Positions 49,501 to 58,318 of a stretch of 64,000 bases of DNA are shown here, piece by piece. Origin of the DNA: Gemmatimonadaceae bacterium (GTDB lineage Bacteria > Gemmatimonadota > Gemmatimonadetes > Gemmatimonadales > Gemmatimonadaceae). The stretch is taken from positions 208,490 through 272,489 of the forward strand of contig JBBDYC010000008.1 of the NCBI GenBank assembly GCA_040901985.1, read 5' to 3'. The notes under the pieces were generated by a model. That model had not been told where the DNA came from. It ran no database searches and saw only the letters and a program-made list of their open reading frames with translations. Position 1 is the stretch's first letter, and each line of letters begins with the position of its first letter. A program made the translations under genes and the position numbers.

Positions 49501-49708
49501 CGCTGAACTCCGCGCAGAGCACGCGCAGCATTCCGGTGCCGGCGGCGACGCGGACGCGCGTGCTGTCGAACGCCAGACCGAACCGCCGGCGCTGGGCGAC
49601 GTCGAGCGGGTGAAGGGTACCGAGGCCGAGCGCGGCAACGAGCGGCGCGAGCGAGCCGGGTCCACGCGTCTGGGCCAGGAGCCGGGCGGCGTCGCGCGTG
49701 GTGAGCAC
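46565..49708 (-). CDS. Eco57I/type IIG-like N6-adenine DNA methyltransferase with TaqI-C-like specificity domain
   Basis: FLNGGLF, DPEMLGRAFE, GAFYTP, LDPACGSGAFL (motif I), IGNPPW (motif IV); GTG start inferred at 49708. Confidence 0.88.
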   Translation of the reverse strand: MLTTRDAARLLAQTRGPGSLAPLVAALGLGTLHPLDVAQRRRFGLAFDSTRVRVAAGTGMLRVLCAEFSGGQAARERAAAVCRELTREAPELLWLLVARRAARGELIIAAPAPGGGAPIAALEVDPAAVRESDAETFAALAGCGETLDLMIHRRWRETLGRDALSRRFYRELEERVGVLAQTAEGGAPDRERRTIALLHVSRLLFLAFLEPRGWLAGEREFLRTHLERCTGGRGAHRRFLEPLFFGTLNTPSRHRAAAARAFGRVPFLNGGLFTRTAVERRWRSLRFTDDALGEVIGGLLARYRLTARETSAAWSDAAVDPEMLGRAFESLMHAETRRAQGAFYTPPPLIARLTRSAFDHLLAPRGVDAGMLEAARAGATLTPAVRAALRAALVGLRVLDPACGSGAFLVFALEELAALHGAAGDRRDVAARRRAVLASSIFGVDRDPTAVWLCQLRLWLSVVVDDTVEDPRELTPLPNLDRNVREGDALAGDGFADGEPVRDARVEGLRLRYSRASGARKRTLARALDREERQRAMQVVGQRVAQLSASRRELLAAARSPDLFQARRGLDHATRAALEACRAGVRRARSLLADLRSGGALPFSFVTHFPEAARAGGFSLVIGNPPWVRTHAIPAEMRDALRARFVTFRDAAWRAGAEAAAAGRGFAGQADLAALFTERAVRLTADSGCVALLLPAKLWIALAGGGVRALLTRQAPPLVLEEWSGATAGFEAAVYPSALIARRASGTAELTMTVHRGEQALSWEISRSALALDATVGAPWLILPPEVRAAFDLLTMAGVPLAASALGRPLLGVKSGCNAAFIVSPEEAARQMLETDRLRPLLRGEHVQPWGIAADAKSEALIWTHGALGEPLAALPPATRRWLVRWRRALELRTDGRHGPWWALFRTEAARADRPRVVWADIGRAPRALVLRAGDLTVPLNTCYVVRTRTEDDAHALAVLFNSPVGAAWLAAIAEPARGGYRRFLGWTTARFPVPLRWERARALLAPIGRAAAAGDVPDPWTLTTLALDAYGVRHTDLAPLLSWYAL

Positions 49709-49889
49709 CCGTCCACCCTTGCGCCGACGCTGCGTACTGCCGGCACCGGATCCTTGCGGTCCGGTGCGAAGTCTGGCGAGCGCGCGCCGAGCTTGAGCAT
49801 CGTCGCCTGTCGCATCTCTCCGCGCGTTCGATGCAATAGACTTTGGCGGTCCGCATCGCGCCCGGTGCGGCGGCCGACCGCCACGACGC

Positions 49890-49930
49890 TCAGGCGGGCC
49901 CGGGGCCTCCCTGGCCCCGGGCCCGCCTGA
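49890..49930 (-). terminator. Perfect 18-bp stem hairpin 10 bp after the small ORF stop (no U-tract)
   Basis: tcaggcgggcccggggcc-tccct-ggccccgggcccgcctga. Confidence 0.6.
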
Positions 49931-49940
49931 CTGCGATCGC

Positions 49941-50144
49941 CTAGAAGCCGAAGTCCGGCGGAGGCGGTGGCGGCTTGGTCGTGTCCGGGGGACCCGGGTT
50001 GGGGTCGTACTGGAATCGGTTGTACTCGATCCAATCCGTAAATAACTCCTGCCGGAGCCACTTCGCGGTGCGGTAGTCGCGAATCCCAAGGTAGAGCACC
50101 ACGACGCCGATCAAGACGATCGCAATCTTCCAGCCCTTATGCAT
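49941..50144 (-). CDS. 67-aa small membrane protein with a Pro-rich C-terminus
   Basis: MHKGWKIAIVLIGVVVLYLGI...PNPGPPDTTKPPPPPPDFGF; G-rich RBS; composition is protein-like, unlike shadow ORFs. Confidence 0.75.
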   Translation of the reverse strand: MHKGWKIAIVLIGVVVLYLGIRDYRTAKWLRQELFTDWIEYNRFQYDPNPGPPDTTKPPPPPPDFGF

Positions 50145-50177
50145 ATGCCCCCCGGTTGACGAGTGATGACGATCGGG

Positions 50178-53003
50178 TCATCGCCGTGGGCCTGTCACGC
50201 GGGCCCGAGTGAGCTGCCGTAGCTGGAGCCGGTACGCCGCCGCCTGCGCCCGGCGCTGGAGGGAATCGGCGGCGCTGGCGCGCACCGCGAGGCTGCGCGG
50301 CAGGAAGTTCACGAAGAGGCTCGGCTCCGGATGGTCAAAGACCGCGGCGACGTCCAACGCGCGTTGGTACTCCCCCCGCGCCATCAGCAGCTCGGCGAGG
50401 AGCATCCGCTCGACCGCCAGCGGCTCGAAGAAATCGTAGGTGAGTTGATCGCGTCGGGCCGTCGGCCGAAGCGCCTCGAGTCGGCGGATTGCCTCGGCGG
50501 TGTCGCCTTGGACGAGGGGGACGCGCGCCGCGACAGCGTCGCGCAACAGCGCGAGTCGTGGGACCTCCGGCGCCGAATCGGCAGACGCGGCGAGGCGCGC
50601 CGCAATCCGCTCCACCGGCGCCCGATCGCGACGATGCGTGTGCCACGCGGCGAGGAGCCACTGGGTCACCGCGCCGGCGCCAGCGTACCCTGCGCCGAAG
50701 CGCTCGCGCGAGTACTCGACCACCCCGTCGGCCTGCGCGTGGTACGGTGCGCCCGCCAGCGCATTCACGACGTGGAGATACAGCACCGCACTGATGCCGG
50801 CGGTGCGCGCGGAGTCGAGCATCTGCAGTGCCGCCGCGTGATCGCCCAACGCAACCAGTTGGCCGTGCAATCCAAGAAAGGCACCCCACCTCACGCCGGC
50901 GTCGGGCGCGTTGACGAGGAGCGTGCCAAACCCATCCGTGGCGCACTCCGTATGCTCGGGGGCGAGGGCGAGCACCTTGGCCGTGCCGAGCGCCGCCGCC
51001 GCGTCCTGCGCGACGAATGGCCCCCACGGCGCCCGCGACGGATCCCGAAGGCAGTCGCGGAAGATGCCGAGCGTCCGCATCCACGAGGCGTCGGCGCCAG
51101 CCAGGCGGAGGCGCGCGTAGTACCGGTCGAGCGCGGCGAGGTCGCCGCGCCGCGCCGCCGCCTCGGCGAGGTGCATCAGCGGCGGCGTGAAGGTGGTGTC
51201 GCGCGCCGCCGCCGTGTCGAAGTACGCGAGGGCCACGACCTGCGGCGCAAGCGTCGCCGGGAGGAGGTGATAGTGGACCTCGCCAAGGGCCATATGCGCC
51301 TCGTCCCAGTCGGGCGCCAGCGCGAGTGCGGCGCGCAACAGCGTGACGGCGCTGTCGGCACTGCCCGAGAGGTAGGCGCTCAGTCCTGCGGCGAAGGGTC
51401 GGTACTGGGCGGGGAGGGCGGCCTGGTGGTCGAGTGCGCGCTGCGCCAGCTGCCGCGCGCGGTCGAGGCGATTCAGCCAGCTCGCTGCCTGGGCGGCGCG
51501 GATTGCCGCGTAGGCGAAGGTCGAATCCTCGGCGTGGGCGCGCTCGAACAGTTCGAGCGCGCGCGTGAAGCGCGCCGCGCGATACTCCCGCTCGCCCTGC
51601 GCCTGCAGGGCGAGGGCCGCCGGGGCCACGTTGAGCAGGGGCGCGAGATCGCGGACACGGCCGGGCGCGAGCCAACGCAGCAGCAACTTGCGCGTGGCCT
51701 CGAGGCCGAGCGCGGTGAGGTCGGCCGGCGCGGCCGCAGCGGCGCGCTCGATGGCGACCACCGTGTCGGCGCCCGCGTCATAGAGGCGGAGCACCACCGC
51801 CTCGTCGGCGCCGCTCCGCTGGATCGTGCCGTCAATGAAGTAGCGCACGCCGTTCTTCCGCGCGAGACGACGCGCCATCGCCGCGTCGAGTCGGGCCGGG
51901 TCGGCGCGCGTGGCGGAGTCGAGCCAGTCCCAGCCGTGCCGCCAGGTGATCGGGCGGGCGTGGTCGAGCGCCAGCTCGATGGCGTACGCGATGTCGTCAG
52001 GCACCGCCGCCGTCGCGCTCGCGGTCGCCGGGTCGCGCACCGGAAAGACGGCAATCGCATTGCCATCGAGCGGCGTTGCCGTGGCAAGGACGGCGACCGC
52101 GAGTGCCGCAACTGCGATGCCGGCCGCCGCCATCGCCCGCCGCGACTTCAGGAACGCAAGGGGCGTCACCGGGCGCGTCAGCGCCGCCACGAACCGTGGC
52201 GCGTCGGGGTAACGGTCGGCGGGGCTCTTGGCCAGCACCCGCGCGACCGCCTCGGCCAGCGGCGCCGGGACCGTCGGCCGGAGCGTACGCAGCGACGGCG
52301 CCGGCTCGACGCGGTGCCGGGCGATGATCGCCTGCGCCGTCCGCCCGAGGAATGGCGGATCACCGGCGAGCATTTCAAAGAGCACGATGCCTAGCGAGTA
52401 GAGGTCGCTCCGTCCGTCAATCACCGCGTCGGCGTCCGTCTGTTCCGGACTCATATAGGCCGCGGTGCCGATGACGAGCCCCTCGCTCGTGAAGCGTTCG
52501 GTCGCCGCGCGCGTCACCGCCCGGGCAATCCCGAAGTCGGCGAGGATCGCCACCCCGTCGGCCAGCAGGATGTTCTCGGGCTTCACGTCGCGGTGCACGA
52601 TCCCGGCGCGGTGCGCGTGTTCGAGCGCGCCGGCGATCTCGACCGTGATCCGCAGCGCCTCGTCCACCTCGAGCTGCCCCTCCGCCCGCAGGCGATCGCG
52701 AAGCGTGGGACCGGCGACGTACGGGAGGACGCAGTACGGCAGGTCGCCGACGCGTCCCGAGTCGAGGATCGGCAGGATGTGCGGATGCTGCAGGCGCGAC
52801 TCGATCTGGATCTCCTGCAGGAATCGCTCGACGGTCACCGCGACGGCAATTTCCGGGCGAAGCACCTTGATCGCGACTTCGCGGGAGTGCCGGAGCTCGG
52901 TCGCCTGGTAGATCAGGCTCATTCCTCCACGGGCGATCTCGCGCGTCACGGTGAACCGACCCGCCAGATGCGCCGCGAGCGTGGCCTGGAGGTCGTCGCT
53001 CAT
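50178..53003 (-). CDS. Hanks-type Ser/Thr protein kinase with TM segment and TolB-N/TPR-like C-terminal region
   Basis: ARGGMS, VAIKVL, HRDVKPEN, DFG, YMSPEQ, DLYSLG; hydrophobic stretch, then TPR-like helices. Confidence 0.92.
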   Translation of the reverse strand: MSDDLQATLAAHLAGRFTVTREIARGGMSLIYQATELRHSREVAIKVLRPEIAVAVTVERFLQEIQIESRLQHPHILPILDSGRVGDLPYCVLPYVAGPTLRDRLRAEGQLEVDEALRITVEIAGALEHAHRAGIVHRDVKPENILLADGVAILADFGIARAVTRAATERFTSEGLVIGTAAYMSPEQTDADAVIDGRSDLYSLGIVLFEMLAGDPPFLGRTAQAIIARHRVEPAPSLRTLRPTVPAPLAEAVARVLAKSPADRYPDAPRFVAALTRPVTPLAFLKSRRAMAAAGIAVAALAVAVLATATPLDGNAIAVFPVRDPATASATAAVPDDIAYAIELALDHARPITWRHGWDWLDSATRADPARLDAAMARRLARKNGVRYFIDGTIQRSGADEAVVLRLYDAGADTVVAIERAAAAAPADLTALGLEATRKLLLRWLAPGRVRDLAPLLNVAPAALALQAQGEREYRAARFTRALELFERAHAEDSTFAYAAIRAAQAASWLNRLDRARQLAQRALDHQAALPAQYRPFAAGLSAYLSGSADSAVTLLRAALALAPDWDEAHMALGEVHYHLLPATLAPQVVALAYFDTAAARDTTFTPPLMHLAEAAARRGDLAALDRYYARLRLAGADASWMRTLGIFRDCLRDPSRAPWGPFVAQDAAAALGTAKVLALAPEHTECATDGFGTLLVNAPDAGVRWGAFLGLHGQLVALGDHAAALQMLDSARTAGISAVLYLHVVNALAGAPYHAQADGVVEYSRERFGAGYAGAGAVTQWLLAAWHTHRRDRAPVERIAARLAASADSAPEVPRLALLRDAVAARVPLVQGDTAEAIRRLEALRPTARRDQLTYDFFEPLAVERMLLAELLMARGEYQRALDVAAVFDHPEPSLFVNFLPRSLAVRASAADSLQRRAQAAAYRLQLRQLTRARVTGPRR

Positions 53004-53025
53004 CGGCGGCGCGGTGGAGGCCGGT

Positions 53026-53781
53026 TCACGGCATACCGATGCTGACGCTGCCGCAGACCGTGGGGGCCGTCGCCGAGCACGCGCGCACGGTCACGGTGCC
53101 GCGCGACACTCGGGTGATCCGGCCGTCCGCCGTCACGGTGACCGCCGCCGCTGCCGACGACGACCAGATGACATCCTGCCGCACCCGCAGCGGGCCGTGC
53201 ACCTCGGCCGCCAATTGCGCGGAATCGCCGAGCGCCAGCACCCTGACCGGACTGCGCACGCTCACCGAGGTCGCCGGATCGGCCGCGTCGAGCCGTAGGA
53301 CGAGCGCCGTCACTTCGCTCGGCCAGCCGAGGGCTCCTGCCGCGCCGTAGCCCGCCGCCTCGTGCAGCGCCGCGCGCGCGGCGGGCGTGTCAATGGCTCG
53401 GATTGCCCACGCCGCCCGTTGCTGCGATTCGCTGAGGAGGTTGCGGAGCGCCCGCGAGAGCATCACGGCCGAGTCGGAGAGCCCGTGGCCCCTGAAGATC
53501 GTGTCGAGCGCGGCGGCGCGTTCCGCCAGCCGACGTTCCTCCCACACCTGGGCAAGGAAGTTCTGCTGGTGTGGCCACGCCGCGCCGCGATACAACGCGA
53601 CGACCAGCGGCTCGAGTGCGGCGTCGCCGTGCGCGACCACGCGCGCGAGCTCCGTCGGACACTCCTCGCACGTCAACCAGGCGGCGACGTCGCCGCGCGG
53701 GTCCGCGCAGGCGACGCCTGCCAACAAGGCGAGCGCCACGCGGAGCGGGTGCGCCGCCAGACGTCGGGACATCGTCACCAT
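53026..53781 (-). CDS. Lipoprotein with CxxC motif, helical region and C-terminal Ig-like (Big_2) domain
   Basis: Lipobox GVAC, WLTCEEC, VIWSSS...VTVTADG.I...GTVTVRA; start may be 53772. Confidence 0.7.
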   Translation of the reverse strand: MVTMSRRLAAHPLRVALALLAGVACADPRGDVAAWLTCEECPTELARVVAHGDAALEPLVVALYRGAAWPHQQNFLAQVWEERRLAERAAALDTIFRGHGLSDSAVMLSRALRNLLSESQQRAAWAIRAIDTPAARAALHEAAGYGAAGALGWPSEVTALVLRLDAADPATSVSVRSPVRVLALGDSAQLAAEVHGPLRVRQDVIWSSSAAAAVTVTADGRITRVSRGTVTVRACSATAPTVCGSVSIGMP

Positions 53782-55151
53782 CCGGGGGCCTCACAGAATG
53801 CGGCGGACGCCCCGAGGCGCCCGCCGGCGTTGGCGATTGGCCGCACGTCGCGGGACAGGAGTCCGCAGGCGCCCGCATAGGGGTCGCAGCCACAATCCAG
53901 CTGGGGCGCCGCCGCCGCGGCGAAGAAGGAACGCGGATCGAAGTGCATCCGGTACACCTGGCCGAGCGAGAGCCGGGTCCGCGCGGCGGTGGTCTCCAGA
54001 TTCACGCGTCCCCACATCAAGTTGTCCTTCGCGAAGCCCTTGATGGCATCTACGTGACCGGTGTGCCGCCCATTCTCGCCCCACGGAACGACGAGCCCCG
54101 CCAGATGGCCGAGCTCGTGGGCCAGCGTGCTCGGCAGCGCATTCGGCTGGATGCGGATGACGTTGTGCGGTGCGTCTGACCCTTCCGGCGGCCAGCAGTA
54201 CTGGCCACGCGCTTCCGTGAAGGCGTCCATCACATAGACGTTGATCGCGTTGGGGTCCCAGAGATCGGGAGTCGAGCCGGTGCCGGCGATGTCACCGTCG
54301 AGCGCAATCTCGTCAAAAAGCGTGCTGCAGTTGATGGCCGACGACAGGAGGACCTTCGGCGGCGCGATGCGCTGGACGACCAGGCCGGCGCGCGCCGCGA
54401 ACAAGATGCCGTTCGCCACGCCGATCGCGTCGTCCATCTGCGTGGCACGATTGGCGAGGATGGTCGCGACCTCGCCAGCGCTCAACCCCGCGGCGGCGAA
54501 CATCTCCTCGTGGCGGAGCAGCCAGATCCGCAACTTCGCCGGCCGCCAGACGGCCGCCGTCGGGAACGGCTGGTCGTCCGCCGCATCGGTCCACGGCTGC
54601 CCGCGAGCCGGCGCCGCATAGCCGGTGAGCGCAACCAAGTCCGTCGGGACGCACGCCTGGCCACGCGCGGCGAGCGACCCGCCGCGGACAAACGACACCG
54701 TATGGTCGCTGGGGCAGACTCCGTCGCCACCTATGGTCAGGAGCACGCTGGGAATCACGTGGTCCTGTGCCGTGGCCCGATCGCCACTCGGGACGACGAG
54801 ATCCACCACCAGTTGATCCGTGCGGCCGCCAGCCCGGACCTCGACCGTGACCCGCCCCGAGGAGGCGGTGGGCATGGTGATGCGAGCGTCGCGTCCGTTC
54901 GCCCCGGTCGTGATCGCCACGCCGGGCGCCGAGGTGTGCCAGGTGATCGGCTCGTCAATGAGGTCGCCGCCCTTGTTCTTTCGATACCGCGCCCGGGCGT
55001 CGAAGGTCGCGGTGGTCGCGCTGGCGTTGTTGACGGCGATCTGCACGCGGGTCGGGAAGACCTCGACTTGCTTGCAGGCAATCGGGGTCAGCGCGAGCGC
55101 GACGACCAGCGCGCGCGTCACTGGTTGGGACAACAATCGTGACGTTGCCAT
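53775..55151 (-). CDS. Lipoprotein with Ig-like N-terminus and zinc metalloprotease (metzincin-like) domain
   Basis: Lipobox PIAC; TLAHELGHLAGL; Met-turn-like DNLM. Confidence 0.72.
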   Translation of the reverse strand: MATSRLLSQPVTRALVVALALTPIACKQVEVFPTRVQIAVNNASATTATFDARARYRKNKGGDLIDEPITWHTSAPGVAITTGANGRDARITMPTASSGRVTVEVRAGGRTDQLVVDLVVPSGDRATAQDHVIPSVLLTIGGDGVCPSDHTVSFVRGGSLAARGQACVPTDLVALTGYAAPARGQPWTDAADDQPFPTAAVWRPAKLRIWLLRHEEMFAAAGLSAGEVATILANRATQMDDAIGVANGILFAARAGLVVQRIAPPKVLLSSAINCSTLFDEIALDGDIAGTGSTPDLWDPNAINVYVMDAFTEARGQYCWPPEGSDAPHNVIRIQPNALPSTLAHELGHLAGLVVPWGENGRHTGHVDAIKGFAKDNLMWGRVNLETTAARTRLSLGQVYRMHFDPRSFFAAAAAPQLDCGCDPYAGACGLLSRDVRPIANAGGRLGASAAFCEAPGW

Positions 55152-55401
55152 GAGAGCCGCCGGGTCAGATGACCCACCGACGACGCGAACCGCTCGGCTG
55201 GCGCCGCGGCACGCTCATCGGGGTGCACCGACGGCTAGGATACGGCATCCAGGTCACCCGCGCCAGAGGGGGGAGGTGGCGCCACGCACCTTGAAGCCGG
55301 GTTGCCGGGGTCCGCCGGCGGTGGAACCGCCCACTGTGGGGTACCAGAAACGCGTCTCCTGTGCACCTCGCCCCCCACCCGTTTGGCAAGAGGCAGTTTC
55401 G

Positions 55402-56568
55402 ATGGACGCGCGAACGGCCACCGGCCAGAAGGGGCAGGCCTCTGCCGACCTCCGACAACACGACGGCACCCTCGTCGCCGAGCTCGCGGGCACGTGGCAG
55501 CTTGAGTACGCCACCCCGCGGTTCGAGCCGTTGATTGAGGCCGCGCTCGCCGACGGGAACCTGCCGCACGCGACAAACCGTACGATCGGGTTTGATGGCA
55601 CGGCGCTCGGCGAATGGGACAGCAGTCTGCTGATTTTCCTGCGCCAAGGGCAGGAATACTGCGAGTCCAATGGCTACACGTTCGACACCGCAGGCCTGCC
55701 GGGGCGGATTACCCAGCTGCTCTCGCTCGCCAACGTCGTGCCGGAGCGGAGCGTCGAGGCCGGGGCGCCAGAGCCCTCAAACGTTGCGCAGATCGGGGTC
55801 GTCGGCATCGCGGCGTGGGACTCCGTCGTCTCCGCGCTGACGTTCCTCGGCGAGGTGGCCCAGGGTCTCGTCCGGCTGCTCACCGGCAAGACCCGGATGC
55901 AGTGGCGCGCCTTCTGGGTCGTCGTCCAGTCGAACAGCTCCGGTGCGCTCCCCATCGTCACGCTCATCGCAGTGCTGCTCGGCGTGATCATCGCCTTTCT
56001 CGGCGTGGTCGTCCTGCAGCGCTTTGGCGCCGGCTCCTACGTGTCGTACCTGGTCGGCTACGGGATGCTGCGCGAGATGGGCGCCCTGATGACCGGCATC
56101 ATCATCGCGGGTCGCACCGGTGCCGGCTTCGCCGCCGAGTTGGGGAGTATGAAGATCACCGAGGAGTTGGACGCGTACTCCACGCTCGGCATCTCGCCGA
56201 TTGACCATCTCGCGCTTCCGCGCCTCCTGGGGCTCTTCGTGATGATGCCCCTGCTCGTGGTGTACGCGGATTTCATCGGCATCCTTGGCGGAATGTTCGT
56301 CGCGGTCTCGTTGCTGGACCTCACGGCCACGCAGTTCACGACCGGACTGCTGTCCGCGGTGAGTCTTTCCGACGCGCTGCTCGGCGTGTTCAAGGGGATG
56401 ATTTTCGGAGTGATCATCGGACTGTCCGGATGCTTTCAGGGCCTGCGCACCGGTTCTGACGCGAGCGCGGTAGGCCGGTCGGCAACAGCGGCCGTCGTGC
56501 TCGGCATCACGCTGATCATTGTCGCGAACGCCGTGGTGGATTGGATGGCGGCGCTGTGGCACGTATGA
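55402..56568 (+). CDS. MlaE family ABC permease with STAS-like N-terminus
   Basis: WDSS, REMGAL, GRTGAGFAAELGSMKITEELDA, VGRSAT. Confidence 0.9.
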   Translation: MDARTATGQKGQASADLRQHDGTLVAELAGTWQLEYATPRFEPLIEAALADGNLPHATNRTIGFDGTALGEWDSSLLIFLRQGQEYCESNGYTFDTAGLPGRITQLLSLANVVPERSVEAGAPEPSNVAQIGVVGIAAWDSVVSALTFLGEVAQGLVRLLTGKTRMQWRAFWVVVQSNSSGALPIVTLIAVLLGVIIAFLGVVVLQRFGAGSYVSYLVGYGMLREMGALMTGIIIAGRTGAGFAAELGSMKITEELDAYSTLGISPIDHLALPRLLGLFVMMPLLVVYADFIGILGGMFVAVSLLDLTATQFTTGLLSAVSLSDALLGVFKGMIFGVIIGLSGCFQGLRTGSDASAVGRSATAAVVLGITLIIVANAVVDWMAALWHV

Positions 56569-57329
56569 CAAACGGCACCCCACCGGTCGAGGTGACGAAC
56601 CTGACGATGCAGTACGGGTCGTTGGTGGTGATGAACGATCTCACGTTCGCGGTCAAGCGCGGCGAGGTCTTCGTCATCATGGGCGGGAGCGGCAGCGGAA
56701 AGAGCACCCTGCTCAAGTATCTCGTCGGGCTCCGGACGGCCGCCGCCGGCGCGGTCCGCATCAATGGCGAGGACCTCACGGCGGCGGACGTCGAGACGCG
56801 CCGGCAGAGTCTGCGTCGCATCGGCGTGCTGTATCAGGGGGGTGCGCTCTGGAGCGGGCTTACGCTCGCCGAGAATGTCGCGCTGCCGCTCGAGGAGCTG
56901 TCGGATCTCGACGCGGCGGCGATCGCCGAGGTCGTCGAGCTCAAGCTCGCGTTGGTCGGCCTGCGCGGGTACGGTGGGTTCTATCCCAGCGCCATCAGCG
57001 GCGGGATGCGCAAGCGCGCCTCGCTCGCCCGCGCCATCGCGTTGGATCCCGACGTGCTCTTCTTCGACGAGCCGTCGTCGGGGCTCGATCCCATCAGTGC
57101 GAGCCGACTCGACGACCTGATCATCGCCCTCGCCGAAAGCTTTGGCACGACGATCGTCGTCGTGACGCACGACCTGGCCAGCATTTTCCGGATCGCCGAT
57201 CGGGCGCTCTTTCTTGACATCTCGCAGCGGACGATGACCGCGCTTGGGCCTCCCGCCGAGCTACGCGACAATCCGCCCAACGACGAGGTCCGTCGGTTCC
57301 TCACCCGCGACAGTGGGAGCACTGTATGA
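56565..57329 (+). CDS. MlaF family ABC ATP-binding protein
   Basis: GGSGSGKST, ISGGMRKR, FFDEPSSGLDP, VTHD. Confidence 0.93.
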   Translation: MTNGTPPVEVTNLTMQYGSLVVMNDLTFAVKRGEVFVIMGGSGSGKSTLLKYLVGLRTAAAGAVRINGEDLTAADVETRRQSLRRIGVLYQGGALWSGLTLAENVALPLEELSDLDAAAIAEVVELKLALVGLRGYGGFYPSAISGGMRKRASLARAIALDPDVLFFDEPSSGLDPISASRLDDLIIALAESFGTTIVVVTHDLASIFRIADRALFLDISQRTMTALGPPAELRDNPPNDEVRRFLTRDSGSTV

Positions 57330-58318
57330 GCGTACGCGCAAATCCGACGGCGATCGGGGCATTTATGATCGGCGCCGTTGCCATCGTCATCGTCGGCACG
57401 GCCGTGCTGGCGTCGGCCACCTGGTTCGAGAGGCGATCCACCTTTGTCGGCTTCTTCAGCGAATCCGTCAACGGACTCGAGGTCGGCGCCCCGGTGAAGT
57501 TCCAGGGCGTGCCGGTTGGCACGGTGACGGGAATCCAGATTCAGATTGACCGGGAGGAGAGGACATTCCAGGTGCCCGTGCGGTTCGACGTGAATCTCCG
57601 GATGCTCGAGACGGTGCGGGGGTCGTTCATGAACCTCGCGGATTCGGCGGAGCTCGCGCGGCAGATCGCCGAGGGCTTCCGTGCGCAGCTCCAGATGGAG
57701 AGCCTCGTGACCGGCCAGCTCTACCTCGAGCTGAGCTATGACACTGCTGCCGCGCCACCCGTGCTCGAGCCGCACGTCACCAGGTGGCCCGAGATCCCGA
57801 CCACGCCGTCGCTGATGTCCGCGCTCGGTACCGGGGCCGGCAGCGTCGTGGCCGATGTGATCAAGGTGCTCTTCCAGGTGAATGAGATCTTGGCGGAGAT
57901 TGATATGCCGGAGATCAACACGGCAGTCGTGGCGACGGCACAGTCCGTCCAATCGCTGGTGAATGCGCCGGAGATCCGCGCCGCGCTGGCACAGGTTCCC
58001 GCCGTGACCGCCCAGGTCACACGCACGATGGCGGCGGTCGAGACCTTTGCAACGACGGCAGAAGGCGCGGTCGGGCCGATCGGCGTCCAGGTGGAGCGCG
58101 CCACGACCGAAATGGCGAACGCGCTGACCTCGTTGCGGAAAACGCTTGAGGAGACCCATGGGCTGTTGTCCACGGATTCCGGCATCGGGTTCGAAATCCA
58201 GGCGGCGCTCTCGAGCCTCACGGAGGCCGCCAATGCATTGCAGTTGCTAACCACGACCATTGAGCAGAGCCCTGACATCCTGCTGCGCGGCAAGAAGCCG
58301 CCGGAGAAACAGCCATGA
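57326..58318 (+). CDS. MlaD/MCE (PqiB-like) protein
   Basis: SVNGLEVGAPVKFQGVPVGTV, RAQL..SLVTGQLY; helical tail. Confidence 0.9.
   Translation: MSVRANPTAIGAFMIGAVAIVIVGTAVLASATWFERRSTFVGFFSESVNGLEVGAPVKFQGVPVGTVTGIQIQIDREERTFQVPVRFDVNLRMLETVRGSFMNLADSAELARQIAEGFRAQLQMESLVTGQLYLELSYDTAAAPPVLEPHVTRWPEIPTTPSLMSALGTGAGSVVADVIKVLFQVNEILAEIDMPEINTAVVATAQSVQSLVNAPEIRAALAQVPAVTAQVTRTMAAVETFATTAEGAVGPIGVQVERATTEMANALTSLRKTLEETHGLLSTDSGIGFEIQAALSSLTEAANALQLLTTTIEQSPDILLRGKKPPEKQP

Noticed and set aside
44392..49708. Assignment as DISARM, BREX or type I/III restriction-modification
   Set aside because: No drmA/B/C, brxC/pglZ, hsdS or res-type partner genes visible in the window
49709..50089. N-terminal extension of the MTase to 1174 aa in the ORF track
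   Set aside because: Low-complexity translation that crosses the hairpins and overlaps the 67-aa ORF; GTG at 49708 is more plausible
55152..55401. 250-bp intergenic region as possible ncRNA or riboswitch
   Set aside because: Only short GC stems and no recognisable motif; consistent with a divergent promoter region
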